DNA of 64,000 nt, taken from Escherichia coli (GTDB taxonomy: Bacteria > Pseudomonadota > Gammaproteobacteria > Enterobacterales > Enterobacteriaceae). The position numbers were made by a program, and so were the translations under genes. Below, piece by piece: positions 40,823 through 53,012 of this stretch (its first letter is position 1; each line of letters opens with the position of its first letter). Under the pieces are notes generated by a model. It was not told the origin of the DNA. It made no database searches and saw only the letters and a program-made list of their open reading frames with translations. The stretch lies in the NCBI RefSeq assembly GCF_011045215.1, contig NZ_CP049201.1; one strand, written 5' to 3'.

Positions 40823-41449
40823 TCAGAGATACAGCGAGCGGACGATGAGGAAGTGACCGGCAAAGTAGCAGGCCGCAGCAATCGCGTTATCCGCACGGAA
40901 GCGTCGGCGATAGTGGCTACCCAGCCAGACAAAGTTACTGATAAACAGCAACGAAGCGCCGACAAACGCAGAGAGTGCCGGAGCGGTCGGACGGAAGAAC
41001 CACAGTTCACCTGCCAGCCACACCATCACCAGCGTCATGCCGATAAACGTGCAGATAGGCCAACGATACTCTTCCAGCCGCGTCCAGATAATCGCCAGTA
41101 ACAGCGCGCCCAGAACCAGCAGTACCAACGGCAGAGGCCAGAAGAAAGAGAGCGTCATCTGACTGGCGAAATAGATGGTGTACAGCAGGTGCGAGAGGAA
41201 AAACGCGCCGATGGCGTACATCAGACGTTGACGTGGCAACAGGGTTAGCGCATCGCCCAGCAGTGAGGCGCACAGCCCTGCCAGCACCAGATAGCTAATG
41301 GCGTCGAACATCGGCGCTTGCCAGGCCAGTAACAACAGGAGAAGAAGGGTTAACGGTTTAAACACCCAGCGTTGCCAGGTTGGCCCACGATACGATGCAT
41401 CCACAGATAGCCATGCGGAAAGACAGACAGCGATAAACGACCAAAGCAT
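40823..41449 (-). CDS. yhhN: YhhN-family membrane protein
   Basis: 208-aa polytopic ORF in the conserved position. Confidence 0.85.
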
Positions 41450-41589
41450 CTTAGTTCCTTGAATTCGTTATTTTTTCGTAAGCGGAATGCCTACGGTCTT
41501 GCTTCCAGTTTAGTGGCGAGGGTGGACGGATGACAACACCATAACTGGCAGGGTATGCTTAATTCCGCATTTTCCGATGAGGGATAAAG

Positions 41590-41949
41590 ATGAGCAAACC
41601 ACCTCTTTTCTTTATTGTTATCATTGGCTTAATCATCGTCGCCGCATCGTTTCGTTTTATGCAACAGCGACGGGAAAAAGCTGATAATGATATGGCACCG
41701 CTCCAGCAAAAGCTGGTGGTGGTGAGCAACAAGCGGGAAAAACCGATTAACGATCGCCGTTCGCGCCAGCAGGAAGTGACTCCGGCAGGCACCAGTATAC
41801 GCTATGAGGCAAGCTTCAAACCGCAAAGCGGAGGAATGGAGCAGACGTTTCGCCTCGACGCCCAGCAGTACCACGCCCTGACAGTGGGCGATAAAGGTAC
41901 GCTGAGCTATAAAGGAACGCGCTTTGTTAGCTTTGTTGGCGAACAATAA
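41590..41949 (+). CDS. yhhM: DUF2500 protein
   Basis: 119 aa with N-terminal TM helix. Confidence 0.85.
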   Translation: MSKPPLFFIVIIGLIIVAASFRFMQQRREKADNDMAPLQQKLVVVSNKREKPINDRRSRQQEVTPAGTSIRYEASFKPQSGGMEQTFRLDAQQYHALTVGDKGTLSYKGTRFVSFVGEQ

Positions 41950-41951
41950 GG

Positions 41952-42221
41952 TTATTTTTTAACTTTAAATTTCTTCTGCCAGACCAGCAGTTCAAACACG
42001 CCGAAAAGGAAAATCCGCACCTTTTCGGCGGTGGTCATCTGCGGGCCATCTTTCGGTAAAGTGGATTTCAATAGCGCCAGCTGCATACCATGCATCAGCA
42101 CGGTAAAAATCAGCGCCACGTTAACGAAAATATTCAGCGGGCGCGGGAAGGGATGCACCAGGTTGAGGATTAAAAATCCCCAAACGCAGAGCATTAACAA
42201 ACGTCCAATATTAATCAGCAT
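41952..42221 (-). CDS. yhhL: Small inner-membrane protein (DUF1145)
   Basis: 89-aa product starting MLINIGRLLML; the ORF-track N-terminal extension was discarded. Confidence 0.8.
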   Translation of the reverse strand: MLINIGRLLMLCVWGFLILNLVHPFPRPLNIFVNVALIFTVLMHGMQLALLKSTLPKDGPQMTTAEKVRIFLFGVFELLVWQKKFKVKK

Positions 42222-42807
42222 CACTTTCTCCTTGTGCTTCGCGTTGATACAGCCGATAAGCCACCTGACCCGCCACTTTTTCCCGATGCAATGACCAGTT
42301 TGCCGGAACAGTGGGCAGACCGTTTTCGACTTCGCTTTCGACATAAATCAGGGCTTCGTCAGCCAGCCAGCCGTTATCTTCCAGTAAATTTATCGTCTCT
42401 TCTAACAAGCCACGGCGGAACGGTGGATCGACAAACACGATATTATGCGGTGTGCCTTTTTGCGCCAGGAATGACATCGCGTTGCTGTTCACCACGCGTG
42501 CATTGCCTGCTTTTAGTGTCGCCAGATTCTTAATTAACTGCTGAGAAACCGCGCGATCCATCTCAATCAACGTGGCCCCCGCAGCGTAGCGCGATAACGC
42601 TTCCAGTCCCAGCGCGCCGCTTCCGGCGAAGCAATCCAGACATTGGGCGTCAACAATGACCGGAGCCAGCCAGTTAAACAACGTTTCGCGTACGCGGTCG
42701 GTGGTGGGGCGCAGACCTGGGCTATCAGGAACCGGGAGTTTACGGCCTCGCCACTGCCCGCCAATAATGCGGATTTGGCCGCTGCCGGAATGATTCGGTT
42801 TTTTCAT
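42211..42807 (-). CDS. rsmD: 16S rRNA m2G966 methyltransferase
   Basis: 198 aa; SAM-MTase motifs (LDCFAGSGALGLE, VFVDPPF). Confidence 0.9.
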   Translation of the reverse strand: MKKPNHSGSGQIRIIGGQWRGRKLPVPDSPGLRPTTDRVRETLFNWLAPVIVDAQCLDCFAGSGALGLEALSRYAAGATLIEMDRAVSQQLIKNLATLKAGNARVVNSNAMSFLAQKGTPHNIVFVDPPFRRGLLEETINLLEDNGWLADEALIYVESEVENGLPTVPANWSLHREKVAGQVAYRLYQREAQGESDAD

Positions 42808-42956
42808 GATAAATTGCTCAATCCGCCAGATAACACATACTTGCAGGCGGTGATGTGAATTAAGTTAAGTGATAGACTATTTCATCATTTTTTTAGCTGC
42901 TATGTACATAGCGTTAACGCTGTGCCATGAAGCAACAGCGAGGAGTGTAGTCGCAA

Positions 42957-44453
42957 ATGGCGAAAGAAAAAAAACGTGGCTTTTTTTCCTGGCTGGGCTT
43001 TGGTCAAAAAGAGCAGACCCCGGAAAAAGAGACAGAAGTTCAGAATGAACAACCGGTTGTAGAAGAAATCGTTCAGGCGCAAGAGCCTGCGAAGGCTTCG
43101 GAACAAGCCGTTGAAGAGCAGCCGCAGGCGCATACTGAAGCCGAGGCGGAAACTTTTGCTGCCGACGTTGTGGAAGTCACTGAACAGGTAGCTGAAAGTG
43201 AAAAAGCGCAGCCTGAAGCGGAAGTCGTTGCACAGCCGGAACCGGTCGTAGAAGAAACGCCGGAGCCAGTGGCTATCGAGCGTGAAGAACTGCCGTTGCC
43301 GGAAGACGTCAACGCCGAAGAGGTTTCGCCAGAAGAGTGGCAGGCTGAAGCGGAAACCGTAGAGATTGTCGAAGCGGCGGAAGAAGAAGCGGCTAAAGAA
43401 GAAATCACCGACGAAGAGCTGGAAGCACAGGCGCTGGCAGCCGAAGCGGCAGAAGAGGCGGTGATGGTGGTTCCTCCGGCAGAAGAAGAGCAGCCGGTGG
43501 AAGAAATCGCTCAGGAGCAGGAAAAACCAACCAAAGAAGGTTTCTTCGCGCGCCTGAAACGCAGCCTGTTAAAAACCAAAGAAAATCTCGGTTCCGGATT
43601 TATCAGCCTGTTCCGCGGTAAAAAAATCGACGATGATCTTTTTGAAGAGCTGGAAGAACAGCTGTTGATCGCCGATGTGGGCGTGGAAACCACACGTAAA
43701 ATTATCACCAATCTGACGGAAGGCGCATCCCGCAAGCAGCTTCGTGATGCCGAGGCGCTCTATGGCCTGCTGAAAGAAGAGATGGGCGAGATTCTGGCGA
43801 AAGTCGATGAGCCGCTGAATGTTGAAGGTAAAACGCCGTTCGTGATCCTGATGGTGGGCGTCAACGGTGTGGGTAAAACCACGACGATTGGTAAGCTGGC
43901 ACGTCAGTTTGAGCAGCAGGGTAAATCGGTGATGCTGGCGGCGGGCGATACTTTCCGTGCAGCAGCGGTTGAACAGCTTCAGGTCTGGGGTCAGCGCAAC
44001 AATATTCCGGTGATTGCCCAGCATACCGGTGCGGATTCCGCCTCTGTTATCTTCGACGCCATTCAGGCAGCTAAAGCGCGTAATATCGACGTCCTGATTG
44101 CCGATACCGCCGGACGTCTGCAGAACAAATCGCATCTGATGGAAGAGTTGAAGAAAATCGTCCGCGTGATGAAGAAACTCGACGTTGAAGCGCCGCATGA
44201 AGTTATGCTGACTATTGATGCCAGCACCGGGCAGAACGCGGTAAGCCAGGCCAAACTGTTCCACGAAGCTGTTGGCTTAACCGGCATCACGCTAACGAAA
44301 CTGGACGGCACGGCGAAAGGCGGGGTAATTTTCTCGGTGGCTGACCAGTTTGGTATCCCTATCCGCTACATTGGTGTCGGCGAACGTATTGAGGATTTGC
44401 GTCCGTTTAAGGCGGACGACTTTATAGAGGCACTTTTTGCCCGAGAGGATTAA
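42957..44453 (+). CDS. ftsY: Signal recognition particle receptor FtsY
   Basis: Acidic low-complexity A domain followed by NG domain with GTPase motifs (GVNGVGKTT, DTAGR, TKLD). Confidence 0.92.
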   Translation: MAKEKKRGFFSWLGFGQKEQTPEKETEVQNEQPVVEEIVQAQEPAKASEQAVEEQPQAHTEAEAETFAADVVEVTEQVAESEKAQPEAEVVAQPEPVVEETPEPVAIEREELPLPEDVNAEEVSPEEWQAEAETVEIVEAAEEEAAKEEITDEELEAQALAAEAAEEAVMVVPPAEEEQPVEEIAQEQEKPTKEGFFARLKRSLLKTKENLGSGFISLFRGKKIDDDLFEELEEQLLIADVGVETTRKIITNLTEGASRKQLRDAEALYGLLKEEMGEILAKVDEPLNVEGKTPFVILMVGVNGVGKTTTIGKLARQFEQQGKSVMLAAGDTFRAAAVEQLQVWGQRNNIPVIAQHTGADSASVIFDAIQAAKARNIDVLIADTAGRLQNKSHLMEELKKIVRVMKKLDVEAPHEVMLTIDASTGQNAVSQAKLFHEAVGLTGITLTKLDGTAKGGVIFSVADQFGIPIRYIGVGERIEDLRPFKADDFIEALFARED

Positions 44454-44455
44454 CA

Positions 44456-45124
44456 ATGATTCGCTTTGAACATGTCAGCAAGGCTTATCTCGGTGGGAGA
44501 CAGGCGCTGCAGGGCGTTACGTTCCATATGCAGCCGGGTGAGATGGCGTTTCTGACCGGTCATTCCGGCGCAGGGAAAAGTACCCTCCTGAAGCTGATCT
44601 GTGGGATTGAGCGGCCCAGCGCCGGGAAAATCTGGTTTAGCGGCCATGACATCACGCGTCTGAAAAACCGTGAAGTTCCGTTTCTGCGCCGCCAGATTGG
44701 CATGATTTTCCAGGATCACCATCTACTGATGGACCGTACTGTCTACGATAACGTGGCGATCCCGCTGATTATCGCCGGTGCCAGCGGTGACGATATTCGT
44801 CGCCGGGTGTCGGCGGCGCTGGATAAAGTCGGGCTACTGGACAAAGCGAAGAACTTCCCTATTCAGCTTTCCGGCGGTGAACAACAGCGTGTTGGCATTG
44901 CCCGCGCGGTGGTGAACAAGCCCGCTGTACTGCTGGCGGACGAACCGACCGGTAACCTGGACGACGCGTTGTCGGAAGGGATTCTACGTCTGTTTGAAGA
45001 GTTTAACCGCGTTGGGGTAACCGTATTGATGGCAACGCACGACATCAACCTGATTTCACGGCGTTCCTATCGCATGCTCACCCTGAGCGATGGTCACTTG
45101 CATGGAGGCGTGGGCCATGAATAA
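44456..45124 (+). CDS. ftsE: Cell-division ABC ATPase FtsE
   Basis: 222 aa; Walker A (GHSGAGKST), signature (LSGGEQQRV). Confidence 0.92.
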
Positions 45125-46175
45125 GCGCGATGCAATCAATCATATCCGGCAGTTTGGCGGGCGTCTGGATCGCTTCCGTAAATCGGTCGGCGGCTCTGGC
45201 GACGGCGGTCGTAACGCACCGAAACGCGCGAAATCCTCGCCAAAACCGGTAAATCGCAAAACCAACGTTTTCAACGAACAGGTGCGCTATGCCTTCCACG
45301 GCGCATTGCAGGATCTGAAAAGCAAACCGTTCGCCACGTTTTTAACGGTGATGGTTATCGCCATCTCTCTGACGCTGCCCAGCGTCTGTTATATGGTGTA
45401 CAAAAACGTTAACCAGGCGGCGACGCAGTATTATCCGTCACCGCAAATCACTGTTTATCTGCAAAAAACGCTGGACGATGACGCTGCTGCGGGCGTGGTG
45501 GCACAGTTGCAGGCCGAGCAAGGCGTGGAGAAAGTGAATTATCTTTCTCGTGAAGACGCACTGGGTGAGTTCCGTAACTGGTCTGGTTTTGGTGGTGCGC
45601 TGGATATGCTGGAAGAAAACCCGCTTCCGGCAGTGGCGGTGGTGATCCCGAAACTCGATTTTCAGGGGACGGAATCACTGAATACGCTGCGCGATCGTAT
45701 CACGCAGATTAACGGCATTGACGAAGTGCGGATGGATGACAGCTGGTTTGCCCGTCTGGCGGCGTTGACCGGGCTGGTCGGGCGCGTTTCGGCGATGATC
45801 GGCGTGTTGATGGTGGCGGCAGTGTTCCTCGTCATCGGTAACAGTGTACGCCTGAGTATCTTTGCTCGTCGTGACTCCATTAACGTGCAGAAACTGATTG
45901 GTGCAACGGATGGTTTCATCCTGCGCCCGTTCCTGTACGGTGGCGCATTGCTGGGGTTTTCTGGCGCATTGTTGTCACTAATTTTGTCAGAAATTCTGGT
46001 ACTGCGATTGTCATCGGCGGTTGCGGAAGTGGCACAGGTTTTCGGAACGAAGTTTGATATCAATGGATTATCGTTCGATGAATGCCTGCTATTGCTGCTG
46101 GTATGCTCGATGATTGGCTGGGTGGCAGCGTGGCTTGCCACGGTACAACATTTACGCCACTTTACGCCTGAATAA
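45117..46175 (+). CDS. ftsX: Cell-division ABC-like permease FtsX
   Basis: 352-aa product starting [10 protein letters not shown]; start overlaps the ftsE stop by 8 bp. Confidence 0.9.
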
Positions 46176-46299
46176 TAAAAGCGTGTTATACTCTTTCCCT
46201 GCAATGGGTTCCGTAGCAGGGAAAGAGACCCCGTTGTCTCTTCCCGGTATTTCATCTCTATGTCACATTTTGTGCGTAATTTATTCACAAGCTTGCATT

Positions 46300-46326
46300 G
46301 AACTTGTGGATAAAATCACGGTCTGA
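46300..46326 (+). promoter_or_regulatory. Sigma-E-dependent rpoH promoter (P3) with overlapping DnaA box
   Basis: GAACTT at 46300-46305, 16-bp spacer, TCTGA at 46322-46326; TGTGGATAA (DnaA box, reverse strand) at 46306-46314. Confidence 0.7.
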
Positions 46327-46419
46327 TAAAACAGTGAATGATAACCTCGTTGCTCTTAAGCTCTGGCACAGTTGTTGCTACCACTGAAGCGCCAGAAGAT
46401 ATCGATTGAGAGGATTTGA

Positions 46420-47274
46420 ATGACTGACAAAATGCAAAGTTTAGCTTTAGCCCCAGTTGGCAACCTGGATTCCTACATCCGGGCAGCTAACGCGTGGCCG
46501 ATGTTGTCGGCTGACGAGGAGCGGGCGCTGGCTGAAAAGCTGCATTACCATGGCGATCTGGAAGCAGCTAAAACGCTGATCCTGTCTCACCTGCGGTTTG
46601 TTGTTCATATTGCTCGTAATTATGCGGGCTATGGCCTGCCACAGGCGGATTTGATTCAGGAAGGTAACATCGGCCTGATGAAAGCAGTGCGCCGTTTTAA
46701 CCCGGAAGTGGGTGTGCGCCTGGTCTCCTTCGCCGTTCACTGGATCAAAGCAGAGATCCACGAATACGTCCTGCGTAACTGGCGTATTGTCAAAGTTGCG
46801 ACCACCAAAGCGCAGCGCAAACTGTTCTTCAACCTGCGTAAAACCAAGCAGCGTCTGGGCTGGTTTAACCAGGATGAAGTCGAAATGGTGGCCCGTGAAC
46901 TGGGCGTAACCAGCAAAGACGTACGTGAGATGGAATCACGTATGGCGGCACAGGACATGACCTTTGACCTGTCTTCCGACGACGATTCCGATAGCCAACC
47001 GATGGCACCGGTGCTCTATCTGCAGGATAAATCATCTAACTTTGCCGACGGCATTGAAGATGATAACTGGGAAGAGCAGGCAGCAAACCGTCTGACCGAT
47101 GCGATGCAGGGGCTGGACGAACGCAGCCAGGACATCATCCGCGCGCGCTGGCTGGACGAAGACAACAAGTCCACGTTGCAGGAACTGGCTGACCGTTACG
47201 GTGTTTCCGCTGAACGTGTACGCCAGCTGGAAAAGAACGCGATGAAAAAACTGCGCGCTGCTATAGAAGCGTAA
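46420..47274 (+). CDS. rpoH: RNA polymerase heat-shock sigma factor sigma-32
   Basis: 284-aa ORF starting [15 protein letters not shown] with sigma-70-family regions 2 and 4. Confidence 0.95.
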   Translation: MTDKMQSLALAPVGNLDSYIRAANAWPMLSADEERALAEKLHYHGDLEAAKTLILSHLRFVVHIARNYAGYGLPQADLIQEGNIGLMKAVRRFNPEVGVRLVSFAVHWIKAEIHEYVLRNWRIVKVATTKAQRKLFFNLRKTKQRLGWFNQDEVEMVARELGVTSKDVREMESRMAAQDMTFDLSSDDDSDSQPMAPVLYLQDKSSNFADGIEDDNWEEQAANRLTDAMQGLDERSQDIIRARWLDEDNKSTLQELADRYGVSAERVRQLEKNAMKKLRAAIEA

Positions 47275-47295
47275 TTTCCGCTATTAAGCAGAGAA

Positions 47296-47328
47296 CCCTG
47301 GATGCGAGTCCGGGGTTTTTGTTTTTTG
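47296..47328 (+). terminator. rpoH intrinsic terminator
   Basis: GC-rich hairpin (ccctggatgcgagtccgggg) followed by TTTTTGTTTTTT. Confidence 0.7.
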
Positions 47329-47544
47329 GGCCTCTACAATAATCAATTTCCCCTCCGGCAAAACGCCAATCCCCACGCAGATTGTTAATAAACTGTCAAA
47401 ATAGCTATTCCAATATCATAAAAATCGGGTATGTTTTAGCAGAGTATGCTGCTAAAGCACGGGTAGTCATGCATAAAACGAAATAAAGTGCTGAACAACA
47501 ACATCACAACACACGTAATAACCAGAAGAATGGGGATTCTCAGG

Positions 47545-48648
47545 ATGAACATAAAGGGTAAAGCGTTACTGGCAGGATGTATCGCGCTGGCATTCAGCAA
47601 TATGGCTCTGGCAGAAGATATTAAAGTCGCGGTCGTGGGCGCAATGTCCGGTCCGGTTGCGCAGTACGGTGACCAGGAGTTTACCGGCGCAGAGCAGGCG
47701 GTTGCGGATATCAACGCTAAAGGCGGCATTAAAGGCAACAAACTGCAAATAGTAAAATATGACGATGCCTGTGACCCGAAACAGGCGGTTGCGGTGGCGA
47801 ACAAAGTCGTTAACGACGGCATTAAATATGTGATTGGTCACCTCTGTTCTTCATCAACGCAGCCTGCGTCTGACATCTACGAAGACGAAGGCATTTTAAT
47901 GATCACCCCAGCGGCAACCGCGCCGGAGCTGACCGCCCGTGGCTATCAGCTGATCCTGCGCACCACCGGCCTGGACTCCGACCAGGGGCCGACGGCGGCG
48001 AAATATATTCTTGAGAAAGTGAAACCGCAGCGTATTGCTATCGTTCACGACAAACAGCAATACGGCGAAGGTCTGGCGCGAGCGGTGCAGGACGGCCTGA
48101 AGAAAGGCAATGCTAACGTGGTGTTCTTTGATGGTATCACCGCCGGGGAAAAAGATTTCTCAACGCTGGTGGCGCGTCTGAAAAAAGAGAATATCGACTT
48201 CGTTTACTACGGCGGTTATCACCCGGAAATGGGGCAAATCCTGCGTCAGGCACGCGCGGCAGGGTTGAAAACTCAGTTTATGGGGCCGGAAGGCGTGGCT
48301 AACGTCTCGCTGTCTAACATTGCGGGCGAATCAGCGGAAGGGCTGCTGGTGACCAAGCCGAAGAACTACGATCAGGTTCCGGCGAACAAACCCATTGTTG
48401 ACGCCATCAAAGCGAAAAAACAGGACCCAAGCGGCGCATTCGTCTGGACCACCTACGCCGCGCTGCAATCTTTGCAGGCGGGCCTGAATCAGTCTGACGA
48501 TCCGGCTGAAATCGCCAAATACCTGAAAGCGAACTCCGTGGATACCGTAATGGGACCGCTGACGTGGGATGAGAAAGGTGATCTGAAAGGCTTTGAGTTC
48601 GGTGTGTTTGACTGGCACGCCAACGGCACAGCGACCGATGCGAAGTAA
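47545..48648 (+). CDS. livJ: Periplasmic Leu/Ile/Val-binding protein
   Basis: 367-aa product starting [23 protein letters not shown] (signal peptide); close paralog of the livK product in this window. Confidence 0.9.
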   Translation: MNIKGKALLAGCIALAFSNMALAEDIKVAVVGAMSGPVAQYGDQEFTGAEQAVADINAKGGIKGNKLQIVKYDDACDPKQAVAVANKVVNDGIKYVIGHLCSSSTQPASDIYEDEGILMITPAATAPELTARGYQLILRTTGLDSDQGPTAAKYILEKVKPQRIAIVHDKQQYGEGLARAVQDGLKKGNANVVFFDGITAGEKDFSTLVARLKKENIDFVYYGGYHPEMGQILRQARAAGLKTQFMGPEGVANVSLSNIAGESAEGLLVTKPKNYDQVPANKPIVDAIKAKKQDPSGAFVWTTYAALQSLQAGLNQSDDPAEIAKYLKANSVDTVMGPLTWDEKGDLKGFEFGVFDWHANGTATDAK

Positions 48649-48705
48649 TCATTAATCGGCAACTTTGGGTTGCCGCCAAATTGCTAATATCGAGTACGTT
48701 GCTTC

Positions 48706-48807
<102 letters not shown>

Positions 48808-48847
48808 ATTTCTCGTTGGTCATCACTTTTGAAATCAAACTTGACGA

Positions 48848-49231
48848 TTAACGCTTTTCCCAGCCGCCCTGTTGTGCCGTAAATCCCAGTGCCTGCATAA
48901 ACGCCGTCATCACACCGCGATCTTCCACGCCTGCATCCGCCATCCACCAGGATGAAACGCTGGGATTATCACGCAAAACCTCTTCCAGTAGATATTGCCC
49001 CACGCCGCGACGTCGGGTGACTTCCCGCACGCGCAGGGAATCCAGTGTTCCCCCAATGCCGCTCAAGGTTACGCGTACAGCCGCAAGCAGGCGCTCGTTA
49101 AAACGCGCGGCGTAGATGCGGTGGTTATCGTCAACCTGTAAAGAGGAAGGGGAATACTCCGGCCAGATCTTTTGCAGGTCAATCCGGTCCTGGTCGCTAA
49201 AGTTTTCTAATCGAATGATGGTCAGCTTCAT
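48848..49231 (-). CDS. panM: PanD maturation factor (GNAT-like)
   Basis: 127-aa ORF starting MKLTIIRLENFSDQD; conserved position between livJ and livK. Confidence 0.88.
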   Translation of the reverse strand: MKLTIIRLENFSDQDRIDLQKIWPEYSPSSLQVDDNHRIYAARFNERLLAAVRVTLSGIGGTLDSLRVREVTRRRGVGQYLLEEVLRDNPSVSSWWMADAGVEDRGVMTAFMQALGFTAQQGGWEKR

Positions 49232-49654
49232 GGGTAACCCGTGTAAATCACAAAAGTGGAACCAGTGTAGCGAAATAATTTAATCGGAGGCTTTCTCTTT
49301 TTTATTTCTTTTGGCAGGTGATTAATTTTTTAACAGCAATAATTGCAAAGTTAAAACATTAGAGAATGAAAAATACCCAGCATAATCCCCTGAATGGTAG
49401 TGAATTATTCCGCCCTTTGTGCCGTTATTTTATGCTGACAAAGGCACTTTTTTCTGTTTATCTATCAATAAATTCAGAATATTATCTGTTCTTAATCGAC
49501 TGAAAAATAGGGACTTTAATCGCTATTATCACAAAATACTGCGCTAAACCCTTAATCAGACAGGCAAAAACAGTGCAGTATAAAAAAAGAACAGTCTGAT
49601 TTGTTAACACATAAAAACAAAGCAACACAACATCACGAATGGGGATTTTTGACT

Positions 49655-50764
49655 ATGAAACGGAATGCGAAAACTATCATCGCAGGGATGATTGCACTGG
49701 CAATTTCACACACCGCTTTAGCCGACGATATTAAAGTTGCCGTTGTCGGCGCGATGTCCGGCCCGATTGCCCAGTGGGGCGATATGGAATTTAACGGCGC
49801 GCGTCAGGCGATTAAAGACATTAATGCCAAAGGGGGAATTAAGGGCGACAAGCTGGTTGGCGTGGAATATGACGACGCCTGCGACCCGAAACAAGCCGTT
49901 GCGGTCGCCAACAAAATCGTTAATGACGGCATTAAATACGTTATTGGTCATCTGTGTTCTTCTTCTACCCAGCCTGCGTCAGATATCTATGAAGACGAAG
50001 GTATTCTGATGATCTCGCCGGGGGCGACCAACCCGGAGCTGACCCAACGCGGTTATCAACACATCATGCGTACTGCCGGGCTGGACTCTTCCCAGGGGCC
50101 AACGGCGGCAAAATACATTCTTGAGACGGTGAAGCCCCAGCGCATCGCCATCATTCACGACAAACAACAGTATGGCGAAGGGCTGGCGCGTTCGGTGCAG
50201 GACGGGCTGAAAGCGGCTAACGCCAACGTCGTCTTCTTCGACGGTATTACCGCCGGGGAGAAAGATTTCTCCGCGCTGATCGCCCGCCTGAAAAAAGAAA
50301 ACATCGACTTCGTTTACTACGGCGGTTACTACCCGGAAATGGGGCAGATGCTGCGCCAGGCCCGTTCCGTTGGCCTGAAAACCCAGTTTATGGGGCCGGA
50401 AGGTGTGGGTAATGCGTCGTTGTCGAACATTGCCGGTGATGCCGCCGAAGGCATGTTGGTCACTATGCCAAAACGCTATGACCAGGATCCGGCAAACCAG
50501 GGCATCGTTGATGCGCTGAAAGCAGACAAGAAAGATCCGTCCGGGCCTTATGTCTGGATCACTTACGCGGCGGTGCAATCTCTGGCAACTGCCCTTGAAC
50601 GTACCGGCAGCGATGAGCCGCTGGCGCTGGTGAAAGATTTAAAAGCAAACGGTGCAAACACCGTGATTGGGCCGCTGAACTGGGATGAAAAAGGCGATCT
50701 TAAGGGATTTGATTTTGGTGTCTTCCAGTGGCACGCCGACGGTTCATCCACGGCAGCCAAGTGA
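49655..50764 (+). CDS. livK: Periplasmic leucine-specific binding protein
   Basis: 369-aa product starting [23 protein letters not shown]. Confidence 0.9.
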   Translation: MKRNAKTIIAGMIALAISHTALADDIKVAVVGAMSGPIAQWGDMEFNGARQAIKDINAKGGIKGDKLVGVEYDDACDPKQAVAVANKIVNDGIKYVIGHLCSSSTQPASDIYEDEGILMISPGATNPELTQRGYQHIMRTAGLDSSQGPTAAKYILETVKPQRIAIIHDKQQYGEGLARSVQDGLKAANANVVFFDGITAGEKDFSALIARLKKENIDFVYYGGYYPEMGQMLRQARSVGLKTQFMGPEGVGNASLSNIAGDAAEGMLVTMPKRYDQDPANQGIVDALKADKKDPSGPYVWITYAAVQSLATALERTGSDEPLALVKDLKANGANTVIGPLNWDEKGDLKGFDFGVFQWHADGSSTAAK

Positions 50765-50811
50765 AAATCCCACCGCCCGTGAAATGCGGGCGGGTTTAGA
50801 AAGGTTACCTT

Positions 50812-51738
50812 ATGTCTGAGCAGTTTTTATATTTCTTGCAGCAGATGTTTAACGGCGTCACGCTGGGCAGTACCTACGCGCTGATAGCCATCGGCTACAC
50901 CATGGTTTACGGCATTATCGGCATGATCAACTTCGCCCACGGCGAGGTTTACATGATTGGCAGCTACGTCTCTTTTATGATCATCGCCGCGCTGATGATG
51001 CTGGGCATTGATACCGGCTGGCTGCTGGTAGCGGCGGGATTCGTCGGCGCAATCGTCATTGCCAGCGCCTACGGCTGGAGTATCGAACGGGTGGCTTACC
51101 GCCCGGTGCGTAACTCTAAGCGCCTGATTGCACTCATCTCGGCAATCGGTATGTCCATCTTCCTGCAAAACTACGTCAGCCTGACTGAAGGTTCGCGCGA
51201 CGTGGCGCTGCCCAGCTTGTTTAATGGTCAGTGGGTAGTGGGTCATAGCGAAAACTTCTCTGCCTCTATTACCACCATGCAGGCGGTGATCTGGATTGTC
51301 ACCTTCCTCGCCATGCTGGCGCTGACGATTTTCATTCGTTATTCCCGTATGGGGCGCGCCTGCCGTGCCTGCGCCGAAGATCTGAAAATGGCGAGCCTGC
51401 TTGGCATTAACACCGACCGGGTGATTGCTTTGACCTTTGTGATTGGCGCGGCGATGGCGGCGGTGGCGGGCGTACTGCTCGGTCAGTTCTACGGCGTCAT
51501 TAACCCCTATATCGGCTTTATGGCCGGGATGAAAGCCTTTACCGCTGCGGTGCTCGGTGGGATTGGCAGCATTCCGGGAGCGATGATTGGCGGGCTGATT
51601 CTGGGGATTGCGGAGGCGCTCTCTTCTGCCTATCTGAGTACGGAATATAAAGATGTGGTCTCATTCGCCCTGCTGATTCTGGTGCTGCTGGTGATGCCGA
51701 CCGGTATTCTGGGTCGCCCGGAGGTAGAGAAAGTATGA
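50812..51738 (+). CDS. livH: Branched-chain amino-acid ABC permease
   Basis: 308-aa polytopic ORF. Confidence 0.9.
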   Translation: MSEQFLYFLQQMFNGVTLGSTYALIAIGYTMVYGIIGMINFAHGEVYMIGSYVSFMIIAALMMLGIDTGWLLVAAGFVGAIVIASAYGWSIERVAYRPVRNSKRLIALISAIGMSIFLQNYVSLTEGSRDVALPSLFNGQWVVGHSENFSASITTMQAVIWIVTFLAMLALTIFIRYSRMGRACRACAEDLKMASLLGINTDRVIALTFVIGAAMAAVAGVLLGQFYGVINPYIGFMAGMKAFTAAVLGGIGSIPGAMIGGLILGIAEALSSAYLSTEYKDVVSFALLILVLLVMPTGILGRPEVEKV

Positions 51739-53012
51739 AACCGATGCATATTGCAATGGCGTTGCTCTCTGCCGCGATGTTTTTTGTCCTGGCGGGCGTC
51801 TTTATGGGCGTACAACTGGAGCTGGATGGCACCAAACTGGTGGTCGACACGGCTTCAGACATCCGTTGGCAGTGGGTGTTTATCGGCACGGCGGTGGTCT
51901 TTTTCTTCCAGCTTTTGCGACCGGCTTTCCAGAAAGGGTTGAAAAGCGTTTCCGGACCGAAGTTTATTCTGCCCGCCATTGATGGCTCCACGGTGAAGCA
52001 AAAGCTGTTTCTCGTGGCGCTGCTGGTGCTTGCGGTGGCGTGGCCGTTTATGGTCTCACGCGGGACGGTGGATATCGCCACCCTGACCATGATCTACATT
52101 ATCCTCGGCCTCGGGCTGAACGTGGTTGTAGGGCTTTCTGGCCTGCTGGTGCTGGGTTACGGCGGCTTTTACGCCATCGGCGCTTACACCTTTGCGCTGC
52201 TCAATCACTATTACGGTCTGGGGTTCTGGACCTGTTTGCCGATTGCCGGGTTAATGGCAGCGGCGGCGGGCTTCCTGCTCGGCTTCCCGGTGTTGCGTTT
52301 ACGTGGCGACTATCTGGCGATCGTTACCCTCGGTTTCGGCGAAATTGTGCGCATATTGCTGCTCAATAACACTGAAATCACCGGTGGCCCGAACGGAATT
52401 AGTCAGATCCCGAAACCGACTTTCTTCGGCCTCGAGTTCAGCCGTACCGCCCGCGAAGGCGGCTGGGACACGTTCAGTAATTTCTTTGGCCTGAAATACG
52501 ATCCCTCCGATCGCGTCATCTTCCTCTACCTGGTGGCGTTGCTGCTGGTGGTGCTAAGCCTGTTTGTCATTAACCGCCTGCTGCGGATGCCGCTGGGGCG
52601 TGCGTGGGAAGCGTTGCGTGAAGACGAGATCGCCTGCCGTTCGCTGGGCTTAAGCCCGCGTCGTATCAAGCTGACTGCCTTTACCATCAGCGCCGCGTTT
52701 GCCGGTTTTGCCGGAACGCTGTTTGCTGCGCGTCAGGGCTTTGTCAGCCCGGAATCCTTCACCTTTGCCGAATCGGCGTTTGTGCTGGCGATAGTGGTGC
52801 TCGGCGGTATGGGCTCGCAATTTGCGGTAATTCTGGCGGCAATTTTGCTGGTGGTGTCGCGCGAGTTGATGCGTGATTTCAACGAATACAGCATGTTAAT
52901 GCTCGGTGGTTTGATGGTGCTGATGATGATCTGGCGTCCGCAGGGCTTGCTGCCCATGATGCGCCCGCAACTGAAGCTGAAAAACGGCGCAGCGAAAGGA
53001 GAGCAGGCATGA
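51735..53012 (+). CDS. livM: Branched-chain amino-acid ABC permease
   Basis: 425-aa polytopic ORF; ATGA overlaps at both ends. Confidence 0.9.
   Translation: MKPMHIAMALLSAAMFFVLAGVFMGVQLELDGTKLVVDTASDIRWQWVFIGTAVVFFFQLLRPAFQKGLKSVSGPKFILPAIDGSTVKQKLFLVALLVLAVAWPFMVSRGTVDIATLTMIYIILGLGLNVVVGLSGLLVLGYGGFYAIGAYTFALLNHYYGLGFWTCLPIAGLMAAAAGFLLGFPVLRLRGDYLAIVTLGFGEIVRILLLNNTEITGGPNGISQIPKPTFFGLEFSRTAREGGWDTFSNFFGLKYDPSDRVIFLYLVALLLVVLSLFVINRLLRMPLGRAWEALREDEIACRSLGLSPRRIKLTAFTISAAFAGFAGTLFAARQGFVSPESFTFAESAFVLAIVVLGGMGSQFAVILAAILLVVSRELMRDFNEYSMLMLGGLMVLMMIWRPQGLLPMMRPQLKLKNGAAKGEQA

Noticed and set aside
42957-43550. Possible repeat array or low-complexity insertion at the 5' end of ftsY
   Set aside because: The Glu/Ala/Gln-rich acidic stretch is the normal A domain of FtsY, not an insertion or nucleotide-level repeat array.
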